A stretch of 64,000 nucleotides of DNA from the NCBI GenBank assembly GCA_030584185.1, contig CP129495.1, positions 1,469,469 to 1,533,468 on the forward strand, given 5' to 3'. The notes beneath the pieces are model-generated. The model was not told where the DNA came from and did not search any database. It saw nothing but the letters and a program-made list of their open reading frames with translations. A program made the position numbers and the translations under genes. Of the stretch, positions 9,626 to 21,197 are shown piece by piece. Each line of letters starts with the position of its first letter. The first letter of the stretch is position 1. Origin of the DNA: Acidimicrobiia bacterium. GTDB taxonomy: Bacteria > Actinomycetota > Acidimicrobiia > Spongiisociales > UBA11373.

Positions 9626-11413
9626 TTACAGGTCGTCGAGGTCGAACCCGAGCGCCTCGAGCAGGGCCCGGATCACGTCGAACTCGGAGTCGTCGGTTTC
9701 GGTGACGCTGCTCCACGAGTAGGCGTCGAACGCCGTGGCGAACCCGTCGGGGTCGTCGGCGGCGAAGGCCTTCAGGGCGGCCACTATGTCGCCCTGCAGG
9801 TCGTCCGGGAACTCCGGCCCGAAGGCCAGGCCGTCGTTCGGGATCGGCTCGGACAGCGCCAGGATCCGCACCTTCTGGATCACGTCGGGCAGCTCCTCGC
9901 GCACGTTGCGGCGGGCGTCACGGGGACGCAGATCGCCGCAGACGAGGTCGCCTTCCACCAGACCGCAGCTCTCGATGGCGTCGGCCGGGATGTCGGCGTT
10001 CTCCGCCGTGCCGTCCCAGACGTCGTTGCCGTCGAGGTCGATGATCGGGCTGAAGAACGTGGTGCCGAAGTCGGCCTCGCCGTTGTAGACGGCCTTGACC
10101 ACGGCGGTGTGCCCGCCGGCTTCGACCGTCTCACCGGGCTCGATCCCCAGCGTCTCGAACATCCCCGAAGGAACCAGGAACCCCGAGGTCGAGCCGCCGT
10201 CCGGGTACGCCCACGAGGCGCCTGCGAGATCCTCGATCGACTCGAAGGCGCTGTCGCGGGCGACGATGAACTGGGTCCAGTACTCGGTGTAGTTGAAGCG
10301 CTCGGCCTTGAGGACCATCTCGACCCCGCAGAGGTCGTTGGCCAGGACATAGGCCTGAGCCGGGATGAACCCCATGGTCGAATCGGGGGCGGCGCACATG
10401 GCCTCCACCGTCGCCGCGTACGAGGTCGGCACCGACACCTCGAAGAAGAGGCCGGTGGCCTCGTTCAGCGCCTCGGCGAGCAGCTCGCCGCCGGCGATGA
10501 TCTCCTCGGCCGAGACCGAAGGCACGAACAGCACCTGGATCGGGTTGTCCTCGGTGCCGAGGGCGACCGGGGCCGGCTCCTCGTAGAGGACGCTTCCCGC
10601 CGGGGCGTCGAACCATGCGTCGTAGATGGCCTGGTAGGTGCCGTCCTCGAACATGTCCTCGAGCGCCGCGTTGAGCTGGGCGAGCAGCTCGGTGCGCTCC
10701 GGGTCCACGCCGAAGCCGTAGTCCTCGTCGGTGTCGATCACCTGGACGACCTCGAGGCCTGCCCGGTTGGCGGCCTCGGCGACGGCCGATGGCAAGTCGA
10801 AGATCACGCCGGTCACCTGGCCCGCCTCGAGGGCGTTGTAGGTGTCTGGGGCCTCGAGGAACTCGACCACCTCGACGCCCTGGGGCGTCAGGTTGGCCGC
10901 GGCCCAGTCGGCGCCGGTGGTGCCGGTCTGGACGGCCACCGAGTCACCGGCGCCGAGGTCCTCGGTGCCGTCGATGAACGGAGTCTCGTCGGTGTTGACC
11001 GTGAGCGCCTGCTGCGCCCGGTAGTAGGGAACGGTGAAGTTCACCTGCTGGGAGCGCTGTTCGGTGATCGTCGTTCCCGACGCCACCACGTCGAAGCGGC
11101 CCGTGGCCAGCTGGGTGAAGATCGTGTCGAAGTCGGTGTCCACCCACTCGACGGTCAACCCGAGACGAGAGGCCATCTCGTTGATCAGGTCGGCGTCGAA
11201 GCCGAGAACCTCTCCGGAGTCGTCGAAGAACTCGAACGGCTCCCAAGGAATGTCGGATCCGACGGTGAGCACACCCTCCTTCTGGGTGAGGCTGCTCGCC
11301 GCGGTCGTGGTGGTGTCGGCGGCGGTGGTCGTGGTCGCGGTGTCGTCGTCGCCGCAGGCGGCGGCTACGAGGGCAAGGACCAGGACCAACCCCAACAACC
11401 TGCGTACTCGCAT
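9626..11413 (-). CDS. Two-domain lipoprotein substrate-binding protein: an N-terminal polar-amino-acid SBP (SBP_bac_3-like) fused to a C-terminal PhnD-like phosphonate/phosphite-binding domain
   Basis: The lipoprotein signal is MRVRRLLGLVLVLALVAAACG, with the ATG at 11413 preceded by AGGAG. Residues ~60-300 resemble glutamine/amino-acid SBPs (VGSDIPWEPFEF...DVVASGTTIT). Residues ~330-590 resemble PhnD/SsuA-type SBPs (FIPAQAYVLAN...GGHTAVVKAVYNGEADFG). Confidence 0.8.
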   Translation of the reverse strand: MRVRRLLGLVLVLALVAAACGDDDTATTTTAADTTTTAASSLTQKEGVLTVGSDIPWEPFEFFDDSGEVLGFDADLINEMASRLGLTVEWVDTDFDTIFTQLATGRFDVVASGTTITEQRSQQVNFTVPYYRAQQALTVNTDETPFIDGTEDLGAGDSVAVQTGTTGADWAAANLTPQGVEVVEFLEAPDTYNALEAGQVTGVIFDLPSAVAEAANRAGLEVVQVIDTDEDYGFGVDPERTELLAQLNAALEDMFEDGTYQAIYDAWFDAPAGSVLYEEPAPVALGTEDNPIQVLFVPSVSAEEIIAGGELLAEALNEATGLFFEVSVPTSYAATVEAMCAAPDSTMGFIPAQAYVLANDLCGVEMVLKAERFNYTEYWTQFIVARDSAFESIEDLAGASWAYPDGGSTSGFLVPSGMFETLGIEPGETVEAGGHTAVVKAVYNGEADFGTTFFSPIIDLDGNDVWDGTAENADIPADAIESCGLVEGDLVCGDLRPRDARRNVREELPDVIQKVRILALSEPIPNDGLAFGPEFPDDLQGDIVAALKAFAADDPDGFATAFDAYSWSSVTETDDSEFDVIRALLEALGFDLDDL

Positions 11414-11499
11414 GGCTTTGGCTCCTGAATAGGCAATGTTCGGCGGCAGCCGGGGCTGCCACCACCGCGAGGCTATCACCTTCATGTGGCACTCTTCCC

Positions 11500-12396
11500 G
11501 TGGAAAGGTGCCTGATGAGCGGTGGGCTGCGGATCGAGGCCGGTTTGATGGCGGTAGTGCTGGCGGTCACCGACGATCGCCCGCGGGTGCTGACCGTGGT
11601 CTCCGATCCGCCTCGCCTGCCGGCAGGGCCCCTGGATCCGGCGTCCGACCGCACCCTGGAGCGGGCGCTGCGCCGATGGGTGGGCGAGACCACGGGATTG
11701 GACCTCGGGTATGTGGAGCAGCTGTACACCTACGGAGACGCCGGGCGCGGCGGTGAGAAGGACGTGCGCCAGTTGGCGATCGCCTACCTGGGGTTGGTCA
11801 GGGAGGGCCCGTTGGGCGGCCAGGCCGAGTGGCGTGACCTGTACGAGTTCCTCCCCTGGGAGGACCGCCGCCAGGAACCGGGCGGGGTGCCCCCGGCCGT
11901 GGGCACCTGGGTTATCGCTGCCGAGAACGAATCTCGGCGCCAGCGTGCGGCGATGGCTTGGGGAGGAGTCGGCTCCTGGGACCCCGAGCGGGCCCTGGAG
12001 CGCTACGAGCTGCTGTTCGAGGTCGGCGTGCTTCCCGAGGCGGGTGGTGAAGGCCTCGCCGGACTGCCGATGGGCCTCGACCATCGGCGGGTGCTCGCCC
12101 AGGCCCTGGGAAGGCTGCGCGGGAAGCTCCAGTACCGGCCGGTCGTGTTCGAGCTCATGCCTTCGGAGTTCACCTTGAGCGCCCTGCAGCGGGTGGTGGA
12201 GGCGGTGGTGGGGCGGCGCCTCCACACCGGGAACTTCCGCCGGCTCCTGGAGCGCACCGGGATGGTCGAGGGCCTGGGCCGGCGCGATGCCGGCACCGGG
12301 GGCCGCCCAGCCGAGCTCCACCGCTTCCGCAGGCAGGTGGTGTTGGAGCGGCCCGCTCCAGGGGTGGGCTTGCCGGGAATGCGCACCTCCGGATGA
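11500..12396 (+). CDS. nrtR: NrtR-like regulator of NAD metabolism (Nudix-related N-domain + C-terminal winged helix)
   Basis: The N-terminal part looks like a degenerate Nudix fold. The C-terminus (LQYRPVVFELMPSEFTLSALQRVVEAVVGRRLHTGNFRRLLERTGMVEGLG) is typical of the NrtR DNA-binding domain. The gene lies directly upstream of nadA-nadB-nadC. The start could be 11515 or 11548. Confidence 0.7.
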   Translation: MERCLMSGGLRIEAGLMAVVLAVTDDRPRVLTVVSDPPRLPAGPLDPASDRTLERALRRWVGETTGLDLGYVEQLYTYGDAGRGGEKDVRQLAIAYLGLVREGPLGGQAEWRDLYEFLPWEDRRQEPGGVPPAVGTWVIAAENESRRQRAAMAWGGVGSWDPERALERYELLFEVGVLPEAGGEGLAGLPMGLDHRRVLAQALGRLRGKLQYRPVVFELMPSEFTLSALQRVVEAVVGRRLHTGNFRRLLERTGMVEGLGRRDAGTGGRPAELHRFRRQVVLERPAPGVGLPGMRTSG

Positions 12397-12444
12397 ACGG
12401 TTGTCGATGGGCGATATACTCGCATTGAGCAAAAGGGAGCCCAC

Positions 12445-13473
12445 ATGACCATAGACCTCCTCCCGCTAGAGTCCCTCGACCAAGCCGAGCGGGATCGGCT
12501 CGACGAGCGCTACGCGACGCTCTCCGGAGTCGTGCCCGAGGCCGAGTGGGAGGCACAGGCTCCGTACGTCGCTGCCATCGAGCGCCTCAAGAAGGAACGC
12601 AACGCGGTGATCATCGCCCACAACTACCAGGTACCCGAGATCTTCCACGGGGCCGCCGACCTGGTGGGGGACTCGCTGGCCATGGCCTACCTCGCCGCCG
12701 AGACCGACGCCGAGGTCGTCGTGGTCGCCGGCGTCCACTTCATGGCCGAGACCGCCAAGTTGGTCAATCCAGACAAGACGATCCTCATCCCTTCCCTCGA
12801 GGCCGGGTGTTCCCTCGCCGAATCGATCACCGGCGCCGACGTGCGCCTGCTGCGTCAGAGGTTCCCAGGGGTTCCCGTGGTCACCTACGTGAACACCTCG
12901 GCCGAGGTGAAGGCGGAGTCCGACATCTGCTGCACCTCCTCCAACGCCGTCGAGGTGGTCGAATCGTTGGGTGTTCCCAGGGTGATCTTCCTCCCCGACG
13001 AGTTCCTGGGGAGGTATGTGGCGACCCAGACCGAGGTCGATGTGATCCTGTGGAAGGGTCACTGCATGGTGCACGAACGATTCACCCCGGAGGAGATCCG
13101 ACGATTCCGGGAGGCCTTCGCAGGAGAGATCGAGGTGCTGGCCCACCCCGAATGCCCGCCGGAAGTGCTCGCCGAGGCCGACTTCGTGGGCTCGACCGGT
13201 GGGCTGGTGAATCGGGTGGCGGCAACCAACCCGCCCCGAGTCCTGCTGATCACGGAGTGCTCGATGGCCTCCAACGTCGCGGTGCGGTTCCCCGACACCG
13301 AGTTCGTCCGGCCATGCAACCTGTGCCCCCACATGGGACAGATCACCCTGCGGCGAATCTACGAGTCGCTGGTCCACATGAAGCACGAGGTGGAGGTTCC
13401 GGCCGAGGTGGCAGGCCGGGCACGAGCCGCCGTGGAGAGGATGCTCGCCGTCGGTCGGGGTCGCGGTGGCTGA
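12445..13473 (+). CDS. nadA: Quinolinate synthase A
   Basis: Conserved NadA motifs ([29 protein letters not shown]) are present across a full-length 342-aa protein. Confidence 0.95.
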   Translation: MTIDLLPLESLDQAERDRLDERYATLSGVVPEAEWEAQAPYVAAIERLKKERNAVIIAHNYQVPEIFHGAADLVGDSLAMAYLAAETDAEVVVVAGVHFMAETAKLVNPDKTILIPSLEAGCSLAESITGADVRLLRQRFPGVPVVTYVNTSAEVKAESDICCTSSNAVEVVESLGVPRVIFLPDEFLGRYVATQTEVDVILWKGHCMVHERFTPEEIRRFREAFAGEIEVLAHPECPPEVLAEADFVGSTGGLVNRVAATNPPRVLLITECSMASNVAVRFPDTEFVRPCNLCPHMGQITLRRIYESLVHMKHEVEVPAEVAGRARAAVERMLAVGRGRGG

Positions 13474-14977
13474 CCTGGACCGGGTGATCCGCACCGATGC
13501 GGTCGTCGTGGGGACCGGGGTCGCCGGCCTGACCACGGCGCTCTCCTTGCGGGGCTTTGATGTGGCCCTGGTGACCAAGACCGCGCTCGGGGGAGGCTCC
13601 ACCTGGTGGGCACAGGGTGGCATCGCCGCTGCGATATCCGCCGAGGACTCCCCCCGCCTCCACGCCGGCGACACCCTTGCCGTTGGCGCCGGCCTCAATG
13701 ATCCGGGCGCCGTCGCCCTGCTCGCCGAGAACGCCGTCGCCGGGATTCGCATGCTGCTGGAGCGGGGAGCCCGTTTCGATGTCGATGAAGCGGGCCGTCC
13801 CGTGCTGGGGCGGGAGGCGGGCCACTCGGTGCGCCGCATCCTGCACGCCGACGGCGATGCCACCGGGGCCGAGGTCAGCCGGGCCCTGGCCGCCGCCGCC
13901 GCAGGGGCCGATCACCTCGAGGTGCATGAGCACACCTTCGTCACCGACCTGGTCGTGGACGGGGGGAGAGTGGTGGGCGTCACCGCCAGAACCGGGGCCG
14001 GGGAGCGGATCGCCATCCTCGCCGGATCCGTCGTCCTCGCCACCGGGGGCATCGGCCGGGCCTACGCCAACACCACCAATCCGGTGGAGGTGACCGGCGA
14101 CGGGATGGCAATGGCCGCTCGGGCAGGCGCTCGGATAGGAGACGCCGAGTTCGTCCAGTTCCATCCGACCGCCCTCGATGCCGGGGTGGATCCCATGCCC
14201 CTGCTCACCGAGGCGCTTCGGGGCGAGGGGGCGACCCTGATCGACGACGCCGGGGAGCGGTTCATGCCAGGCGAGCATCCCGACGCCGAGCTGGCGCCGC
14301 GCGACGTGGTGGCCCGGGCGGTGTGGCGTCGGATCCGCTCCGGACGCAAGGTGTTCCTCGACGCCACCGCCGCCATCGGCGACGACCTTCCCGAGCGGTT
14401 CCCCACCGTGGATCGCCTGTGCCGGGCGGCAGGAATCGATCCGACCCGGGACCCGGTGCCGGTGGCACCTGCTGCCCACTACCACATGGGCGGGATCGCC
14501 GTTGGCCTGACCGGGCGCTCCACCCTGCCCGGGCTGTGGGCGGTGGGGGAGGCGAGCAGGACGGGTGTGCACGGCGCCAACCGGCTGGCGAGCAACTCCC
14601 TGCTCGAAGGCCTCGTCTTCGGCGAGTCGGTGGCCAGCGACATCGCCGGAGTCGGCGCATCCGCCTCTGTCCGAGTGGGCGAGATAGCCGATCCCGGCCC
14701 GAATCCGGAGCCGACCCCCGACGCCGTTGCCGCCGTTCGCGGGGCGATGTGGGAGGGGGTGGGACTGGTGCGCGATGCCGACTCGTTGCGCGGCGCCCTG
14801 GCGACGATCGGCCGGGTGACGGCCCGACTCCCTGCCGCCTCGGGCGAGGCCCGCAACCTGGCGGAGGTGGCTGCCATCGTGGCCGAGGCCGCCCTGGCAC
14901 GGACGGAGTCTCGCGGCGCCCACTTCCGGTCCGATCACCCGCATCCCGACGAGACCCACCTGGAAACCGCGCGATGA
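13466..14977 (+). CDS. nadB: L-aspartate oxidase
   Basis: It has an FAD-binding N-terminus ([14 protein letters not shown]), QGGIAAA, and the SRGAHFR motif near the C-terminus. It overlaps nadA by 8 nt. Confidence 0.95.
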   Translation: MADLDRVIRTDAVVVGTGVAGLTTALSLRGFDVALVTKTALGGGSTWWAQGGIAAAISAEDSPRLHAGDTLAVGAGLNDPGAVALLAENAVAGIRMLLERGARFDVDEAGRPVLGREAGHSVRRILHADGDATGAEVSRALAAAAAGADHLEVHEHTFVTDLVVDGGRVVGVTARTGAGERIAILAGSVVLATGGIGRAYANTTNPVEVTGDGMAMAARAGARIGDAEFVQFHPTALDAGVDPMPLLTEALRGEGATLIDDAGERFMPGEHPDAELAPRDVVARAVWRRIRSGRKVFLDATAAIGDDLPERFPTVDRLCRAAGIDPTRDPVPVAPAAHYHMGGIAVGLTGRSTLPGLWAVGEASRTGVHGANRLASNSLLEGLVFGESVASDIAGVGASASVRVGEIADPGPNPEPTPDAVAAVRGAMWEGVGLVRDADSLRGALATIGRVTARLPAASGEARNLAEVAAIVAEAALARTESRGAHFRSDHPHPDETHLETAR

Positions 14978-15828
14978 GAGAGTTGCTCCCCGCGGAGGGG
15001 GAGTGGCGGCCACTCCTGGAGATGGCGCTCGCCGAGGACCTGGGCGAAGCCGGTGACATCACGACGGTGGCGATCATCCCTCCCGAGGCTGCGGCCACCG
15101 CACGCCTGGTCGCCAGGGAGCCCGGAGTGGCCGCCGGCGTCCCCATCGCCCTGCAGGCGTTCGCCATGGTCGACCCGGCCGTCACCTGGAGCATCGGCGT
15201 CGGGGAGGGGCACCCCTTCTTCGCCGGCACCCTGCTCGCCGAGGTGACCGGCCCGGCGGCACCGATCCTCACCGCCGAGCGGACCGCACTCAACCTGCTG
15301 GCCAGGACCTGCGGGATCGCCACCCGTACCGCAGCCGTGGTGGCGGCAGTGGCACACACCGGTGTCGAGGTGGCGGCCACCCGCAAGACCACGCCCGGGT
15401 TGCGGGTTCTGGAGAAGTACGCGGTTGTGTGCGGCGGCGGCTCACCCCACAGGTTCGGGCTCCACGACGCGGTGCTGATCAAGGACAACCACCTCGCCGT
15501 GGTGGGCTCGGTGGGAGCCGCCGTGGAGGCCGCCCGTCGCCGAGTGGCACCAGGAGTCGTCGTCGAGGTGGAGGTGACCACGCTGGACGGCCTCGACGAG
15601 GCGATCGCTGCCGGCGCAGACGTGGTGCTGCTCGACAACATGGATCCGGCGGGACTGCGCCTCGCGGTGGAGCGGGCTGCGGGCCGGGTTCGCCTCGAAG
15701 CCTCGGGTGGGATCACCCCGGACACGGTGGTCGCCTTCGCCGAGACCGGCGTCGACGTGGTCTCTCTCGGTTGGCTGACCCACAGCGCCCCTGCCCTCGA
15801 CGTCGCCCTCGATTTCGAGCCCATCTGA
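14974..15828 (+). CDS. nadC: Nicotinate-nucleotide pyrophosphorylase (carboxylating)
   Basis: It has the internal start [11 protein letters not shown] inside the long read-through ORF 14323..15828 and forms an ATGA overlap with the nadB stop. The QAPRT motifs (TRKTTPGLR, LIKDNH, LLDNM) are present. Confidence 0.9.
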   Translation: MRELLPAEGEWRPLLEMALAEDLGEAGDITTVAIIPPEAAATARLVAREPGVAAGVPIALQAFAMVDPAVTWSIGVGEGHPFFAGTLLAEVTGPAAPILTAERTALNLLARTCGIATRTAAVVAAVAHTGVEVAATRKTTPGLRVLEKYAVVCGGGSPHRFGLHDAVLIKDNHLAVVGSVGAAVEAARRRVAPGVVVEVEVTTLDGLDEAIAAGADVVLLDNMDPAGLRLAVERAAGRVRLEASGGITPDTVVAFAETGVDVVSLGWLTHSAPALDVALDFEPI

Positions 15829-15867
15829 GCCCGGACCGGCGTCACTCGACCCCGGTACCATCGACCC

Positions 15868-17634
<1,767 letters not shown>

Positions 17635-17695
17635 CCGGAACAGTCGAGGTCGAGGCGCGCAGTCTCGCTCCGGTCGTTGCCCTACCCTGCTCGAG

Positions 17696-18289
17696 ATGTT
17701 CGAGGCCCCGATCCAGAGGCTCGTCGACGAACTGGCCCGGCTGCCCGGCATCGGCCAGAAATCGGCGCAGCGCCTCGCCTTCCACCTGCTCCATGTCGAG
17801 CACGAGGATGCCCGGCGACTCGCCGAGGCGATCACGATGATGCGCGAACAGGTTCGTCTCTGCGTGCGCTGCTTCAACGTCACCGATTCCGAGGAGTGCA
17901 GCATCTGTCGGGACCTGAGGCGCGACCCGACGCTGGTGTGCGTCGTCGAGCGACCCCAGGACATCGTGGTCGTGGAACGCACCCAGGAGTTCCGGGGTCG
18001 GTACCACGTCCTGGGAGGGGCGATCTCTCCGATCGAAGGGATCGGGCCCGATCGTCTGCGGATGCGCGAGCTGGTGGCGCGTGTCGAGGCGGAGGGGATC
18101 TCCGAGGTCATCGCCGCCACCAACCCGACCGTGGAAGGCGACACCACTGCTCTCTACCTGGCTCGGATCCTGAAGCCGATCGGGGTCAAGGTGACCCGGC
18201 TCGCCAGCGGGCTGCCGGTCGGTGGCGACCTCGATTACGCCGACGAGATCACACTGGGAAGGGCCCTCACCGGGCGCCGCGAGCTGTAG
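17696..18289 (+). CDS. recR: Recombination protein RecR
   Basis: It has the HhH N-terminus ([20 protein letters not shown]), the C4 zinc finger ([16 protein letters not shown]) and a Toprim domain. Confidence 0.95.
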   Translation: MFEAPIQRLVDELARLPGIGQKSAQRLAFHLLHVEHEDARRLAEAITMMREQVRLCVRCFNVTDSEECSICRDLRRDPTLVCVVERPQDIVVVERTQEFRGRYHVLGGAISPIEGIGPDRLRMRELVARVEAEGISEVIAATNPTVEGDTTALYLARILKPIGVKVTRLASGLPVGGDLDYADEITLGRALTGRREL

Positions 18290-19286
18290 GTCCCGCTCCG
18301 ATCACTCCGTCGTAGGCGCTGGTCATCTTCCCCAGCCGGTCGAATCGATGGCTGGCCCTGATGAACCGGACGGTCCCGGTTCGGGAGCGCATCACCACCG
18401 TGTGGGTCTCGGCGCCCTGCGCGGTGTAGCGCACCCCGTCGAGAAGCTCCCCGGTGGTGACGCCGGTGGCGGCGAAGAATACGTCGTCGGAGTCGACGAG
18501 ACGGCTCAGCCCCATGATCTCTTCGAGATCAAGGCCGGCTTCGGCGGCGTAGGCGCGCTCCGAGTCGTCCCGGGGCCAGAGCCGACACTGCATGTCGCCC
18601 CCCAGACAGTGCAGGGCACACGCGGCAGTCACCGCCTCCGGCGAACCCCCGATCCCGAGGAGGATGTCGATGCCGCTGTCGGGCACGGCGGTTGCGATGG
18701 CAGCCGAGATGTCGCCGTCGCGGATCAGACGAATGCGCGCCCCGGCGGCCCGGACCGCCTCGATGTGTGGTCCGTTGCGTGGCCGGTCGAGGATGATGGC
18801 GGTCAGGTCCTCGACGTCCTTGCCCAGCGCCTGGGCGACCCTCCGCAGGTTCTCGGCGATCGGGGCCTCGAGGTCGATTGCACCCCGCGCCTGTTCGCCG
18901 ACGGCGATCTTGTCCATGTACACCAGCCGGCCCGGTGCCAGCATCGAGCCCCGGCCGGCGAGGGCCATCACCGCCAACGCTCCGTGGCCGCCTTCGGCGG
19001 TGAGCCGGGTGCCGTCGACGGGATCCACGGCGACATCGAGTTTGGGGCCGGTGCGGTTTCCGACGCGCTCGCCGTTGGCGAGCATCGGGGCGTCATCCTT
19101 CTCGCCCTCACCGATGACGACGACGCCGTCCATCGCCACCGTACCCAGGATGGCTCGCATGGCGTCCACCGCTGCCTGATCGACCGATTGCTTGTCGCCG
19201 CGTCCCTGGTAGCGGGCGGCTGCCATGGCGCCGGCCTCGGTGACCCTCGCCAGGTCGAGCGCCAGGTTGTGGTCGGCCTCGGTCAT
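18267..19286 (-). CDS. glpX: Fructose-1,6-bisphosphatase class II (GlpX)
   Basis: This is the C-terminal 339 aa of ORF 18267..20021 ([12 protein letters not shown]...VAVDPVDGT...). Its ATGA overlap with the thiolase stop defines the start at 19286. Confidence 0.9.
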   Translation of the reverse strand: MTEADHNLALDLARVTEAGAMAAARYQGRGDKQSVDQAAVDAMRAILGTVAMDGVVVIGEGEKDDAPMLANGERVGNRTGPKLDVAVDPVDGTRLTAEGGHGALAVMALAGRGSMLAPGRLVYMDKIAVGEQARGAIDLEAPIAENLRRVAQALGKDVEDLTAIILDRPRNGPHIEAVRAAGARIRLIRDGDISAAIATAVPDSGIDILLGIGGSPEAVTAACALHCLGGDMQCRLWPRDDSERAYAAEAGLDLEEIMGLSRLVDSDDVFFAATGVTTGELLDGVRYTAQGAETHTVVMRSRTGTVRFIRASHRFDRLGKMTSAYDGVIGAGPTARGAR

Positions 19287-20464
19287 GCCAGGACCTCGAC
19301 GATCAGGGCGTCGCCCTGACCGCCGCCACCGCACAGGGTGGCGGCGCCGATCCCACCGCCTCGGGATCGCAGGGCGTTTATCAGGGTGACCGTGATGCGC
19401 GCTCCGGTCGCCCCCAGCGGATGGCCCAGGGCGACCGCTCCCCCGTTCACGTTCACCCTCTCCAGATCGAGATCGAGCAGGCGCGCCGACCAGAGGGCGA
19501 CTGCGGCGAAGGCCTCGTTGATCTCGACCAGGTCGAGGTCGCCAGGAGTCATGCCCGCCTTCCCCAGCGCCGCCCGCAGCGCCTCGGCAGGCCGTTCGTG
19601 GAGGGTGGCGTCCGGCCCGCCGATCTGCCCGTAGGCGAGGATCCGGGCGAGGACGGGGAGGCCGGCTGCGGTGGCGGCGTCCTCTTCGGCCAGGATCAGC
19701 GCTGCGGCCCCGTCGGAGATCTGGGAGGCGTTGCCGGCCGTGATGGTGCCGGAGGGGTCGAACGCCGGAAGCAGGCCGGCCAGACCGGCAGCAGTGCTGC
19801 CGGGGCGAATCCCCTCGTCCTGACTCACCTCCGTCGGGTCGCCGCCCCGGCGGGGGACTGCGACGGGGGCGATCTCGCCGTCGAACCTTCCGTTCTCGGT
19901 GGCCTCGGCCGCCCGGCGGTGGCTCTCGGAGGCCCAGGCGTCCTGCTCCTCCCGCCCGATGCCCAGCGCCTTGTTCTTGAGGTCCGACGCGGCACCCATG
20001 GTGCACTGGTCGAATGCGCACCAGAGGCCGTCGTGGTTCATGGCATCGATCAGCCTGGTGTCGCCGATGCGCGCCCCCCAGCGGGCGTCGGGAGCCACAT
20101 ACGGGGCGTTGCTCATCGACTCCATGCCGCCCGCTATCACGAACGTCGACTCACCGAGGCGGATGTTGCGATCGGCCATGGCCACCGCGGTCATCCCCGA
20201 GAGACAGACCTTGTTGATCGTGGTGGCGGGAACGGTCATCGGCACGCCTGCTCGCACCGCCGCCTGACGAGCCGTGATCTGACCGGCCCCCGCCTGGATG
20301 ACGTGGCCGAAGAGGGTTTCGTCCACCTTGGCCGGATCGAGCCCGGATCGCTCCAGGGCGGCACCGATCGCGGCGGCGCCGAGCTCGACGGCCTGCAGCG
20401 GCCGCAGGACTCCTCCGAACCTGCCGATCGGGGTGCGAGCGATGCCGGTGACGACGGTTGGCAT
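19283..20464 (-). CDS. Acetyl-CoA C-acetyltransferase (thiolase II)
   Basis: It has the internal start MPTVVTGIARTPIGRFGG and the thiolase motifs (NKVCLSGM, GGMESMS, C-terminal NGGAVALGHPLGATG..CGGGG). Confidence 0.9.
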   Translation of the reverse strand: MPTVVTGIARTPIGRFGGVLRPLQAVELGAAAIGAALERSGLDPAKVDETLFGHVIQAGAGQITARQAAVRAGVPMTVPATTINKVCLSGMTAVAMADRNIRLGESTFVIAGGMESMSNAPYVAPDARWGARIGDTRLIDAMNHDGLWCAFDQCTMGAASDLKNKALGIGREEQDAWASESHRRAAEATENGRFDGEIAPVAVPRRGGDPTEVSQDEGIRPGSTAAGLAGLLPAFDPSGTITAGNASQISDGAAALILAEEDAATAAGLPVLARILAYGQIGGPDATLHERPAEALRAALGKAGMTPGDLDLVEINEAFAAVALWSARLLDLDLERVNVNGGAVALGHPLGATGARITVTLINALRSRGGGIGAATLCGGGGQGDALIVEVLA

Positions 20465-20556
20465 GGTTGCCTCCTCGGGGTGGGGATGATGGTAAAGCGT
20501 CGGCCACACCGCCCGGCGATGACGGCTCAGCCTGTCGTGGTTACCGTTGCTCGCCC

Positions 20557-20961
20557 ATGCTGCCGATCAACCTGCACCACACCGCGATCGCGGTTCGAGA
20601 CCTGGACGCAACGCTGGCGTCGCTGGCCGGGCTTTACGGCGTCGAACCGATCAGCCGCGAGATGGTTCCCGACCAGGGCGTGGAGGAGGCGATGATCCCG
20701 CTCGGAGGCTCCTACCTCCAGGTGTTGCAGCCCTTGGGGCCGGAGACGCCCGTTGGGCGGTTCATCGAGAAGAGGGGGGAGGGTCTGCACCACCTGGCCA
20801 TACAGGTGGCGGACATCGACCAGGCTCTCGCCCACCTCGAGGCCCAGGGCGCCCGGCTGATCGACCGGACGGCCCGGATCGGTGGCGGAGGGCATCGCAT
20901 CGCATTCGTCCACCCTCACCAAACGGGCGGCACCCTCATCGAGCTCGTGGAGGTGGAGTGA
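20557..20961 (+). CDS. mce: Methylmalonyl-CoA epimerase (VOC/glyoxalase fold)
   Basis: It has the internal start MLPINLHHTAIAVRDL, and GEGLHHLAIQVADI...HRIAFVHP matches the epimerase family. Confidence 0.8.
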   Translation: MLPINLHHTAIAVRDLDATLASLAGLYGVEPISREMVPDQGVEEAMIPLGGSYLQVLQPLGPETPVGRFIEKRGEGLHHLAIQVADIDQALAHLEAQGARLIDRTARIGGGGHRIAFVHPHQTGGTLIELVEVE

Positions 20962-21197
20962 TGGAGATCGTCGGCGAGCCCGGACCACTGCTGGCTGCGG
21001 CGATCGTCGCCGCCGTGGTGCGCCTCGAGGAGGAGGCGCGAATGCAAAGCTCCCAACCCCTGGAGAGGCCGATCCAGGCGCGATGGGTGATGGCAGGGAT
21101 ACCGCGACCGGTGCAGTCTCCGTTCGTCGCCCGGCCGGCACCGGTGCTCGGAGTGCGCGATCTGAATGCGACGGGGGCGGCGAACCCCGACGGCTAG
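20961..21197 (+). CDS. Small protein (78 aa), possibly an acyl-CoA carboxylase epsilon-subunit-like protein
   Basis: Its ATG overlaps the epimerase stop. The N-terminus EPGPLLAAAIVAAVVRLEEEA resembles ACC_epsilon subunits, and the context (epimerase) fits the propionyl-CoA pathway. This is a weak call. Confidence 0.3.
   Translation: MEIVGEPGPLLAAAIVAAVVRLEEEARMQSSQPLERPIQARWVMAGIPRPVQSPFVARPAPVLGVRDLNATGAANPDG

Noticed and set aside
11458-11473. GGCAGCC-GG-GGCTGCC hairpin as a terminator
   Set aside because: It lies between divergently transcribed genes (the SBP gene leftwards, nrtR rightwards) and has no U-tract. It is more likely an operator or incidental palindrome. I mention it under the NrtR finding.
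14323-15828. 501-aa plus-strand ORF as a single nadC gene
   Set aside because: Its N-terminal 217 aa is an alternate-frame read-through of nadB. The genuine nadC starts at the internal ATG at 14974, which overlaps the nadB stop.
15829-15867. Possible SRP RNA (ffs) upstream of dnaX
   Set aside because: Only 39 nt are available between nadC and dnaX, which is too short for a ~100-nt 4.5S RNA.
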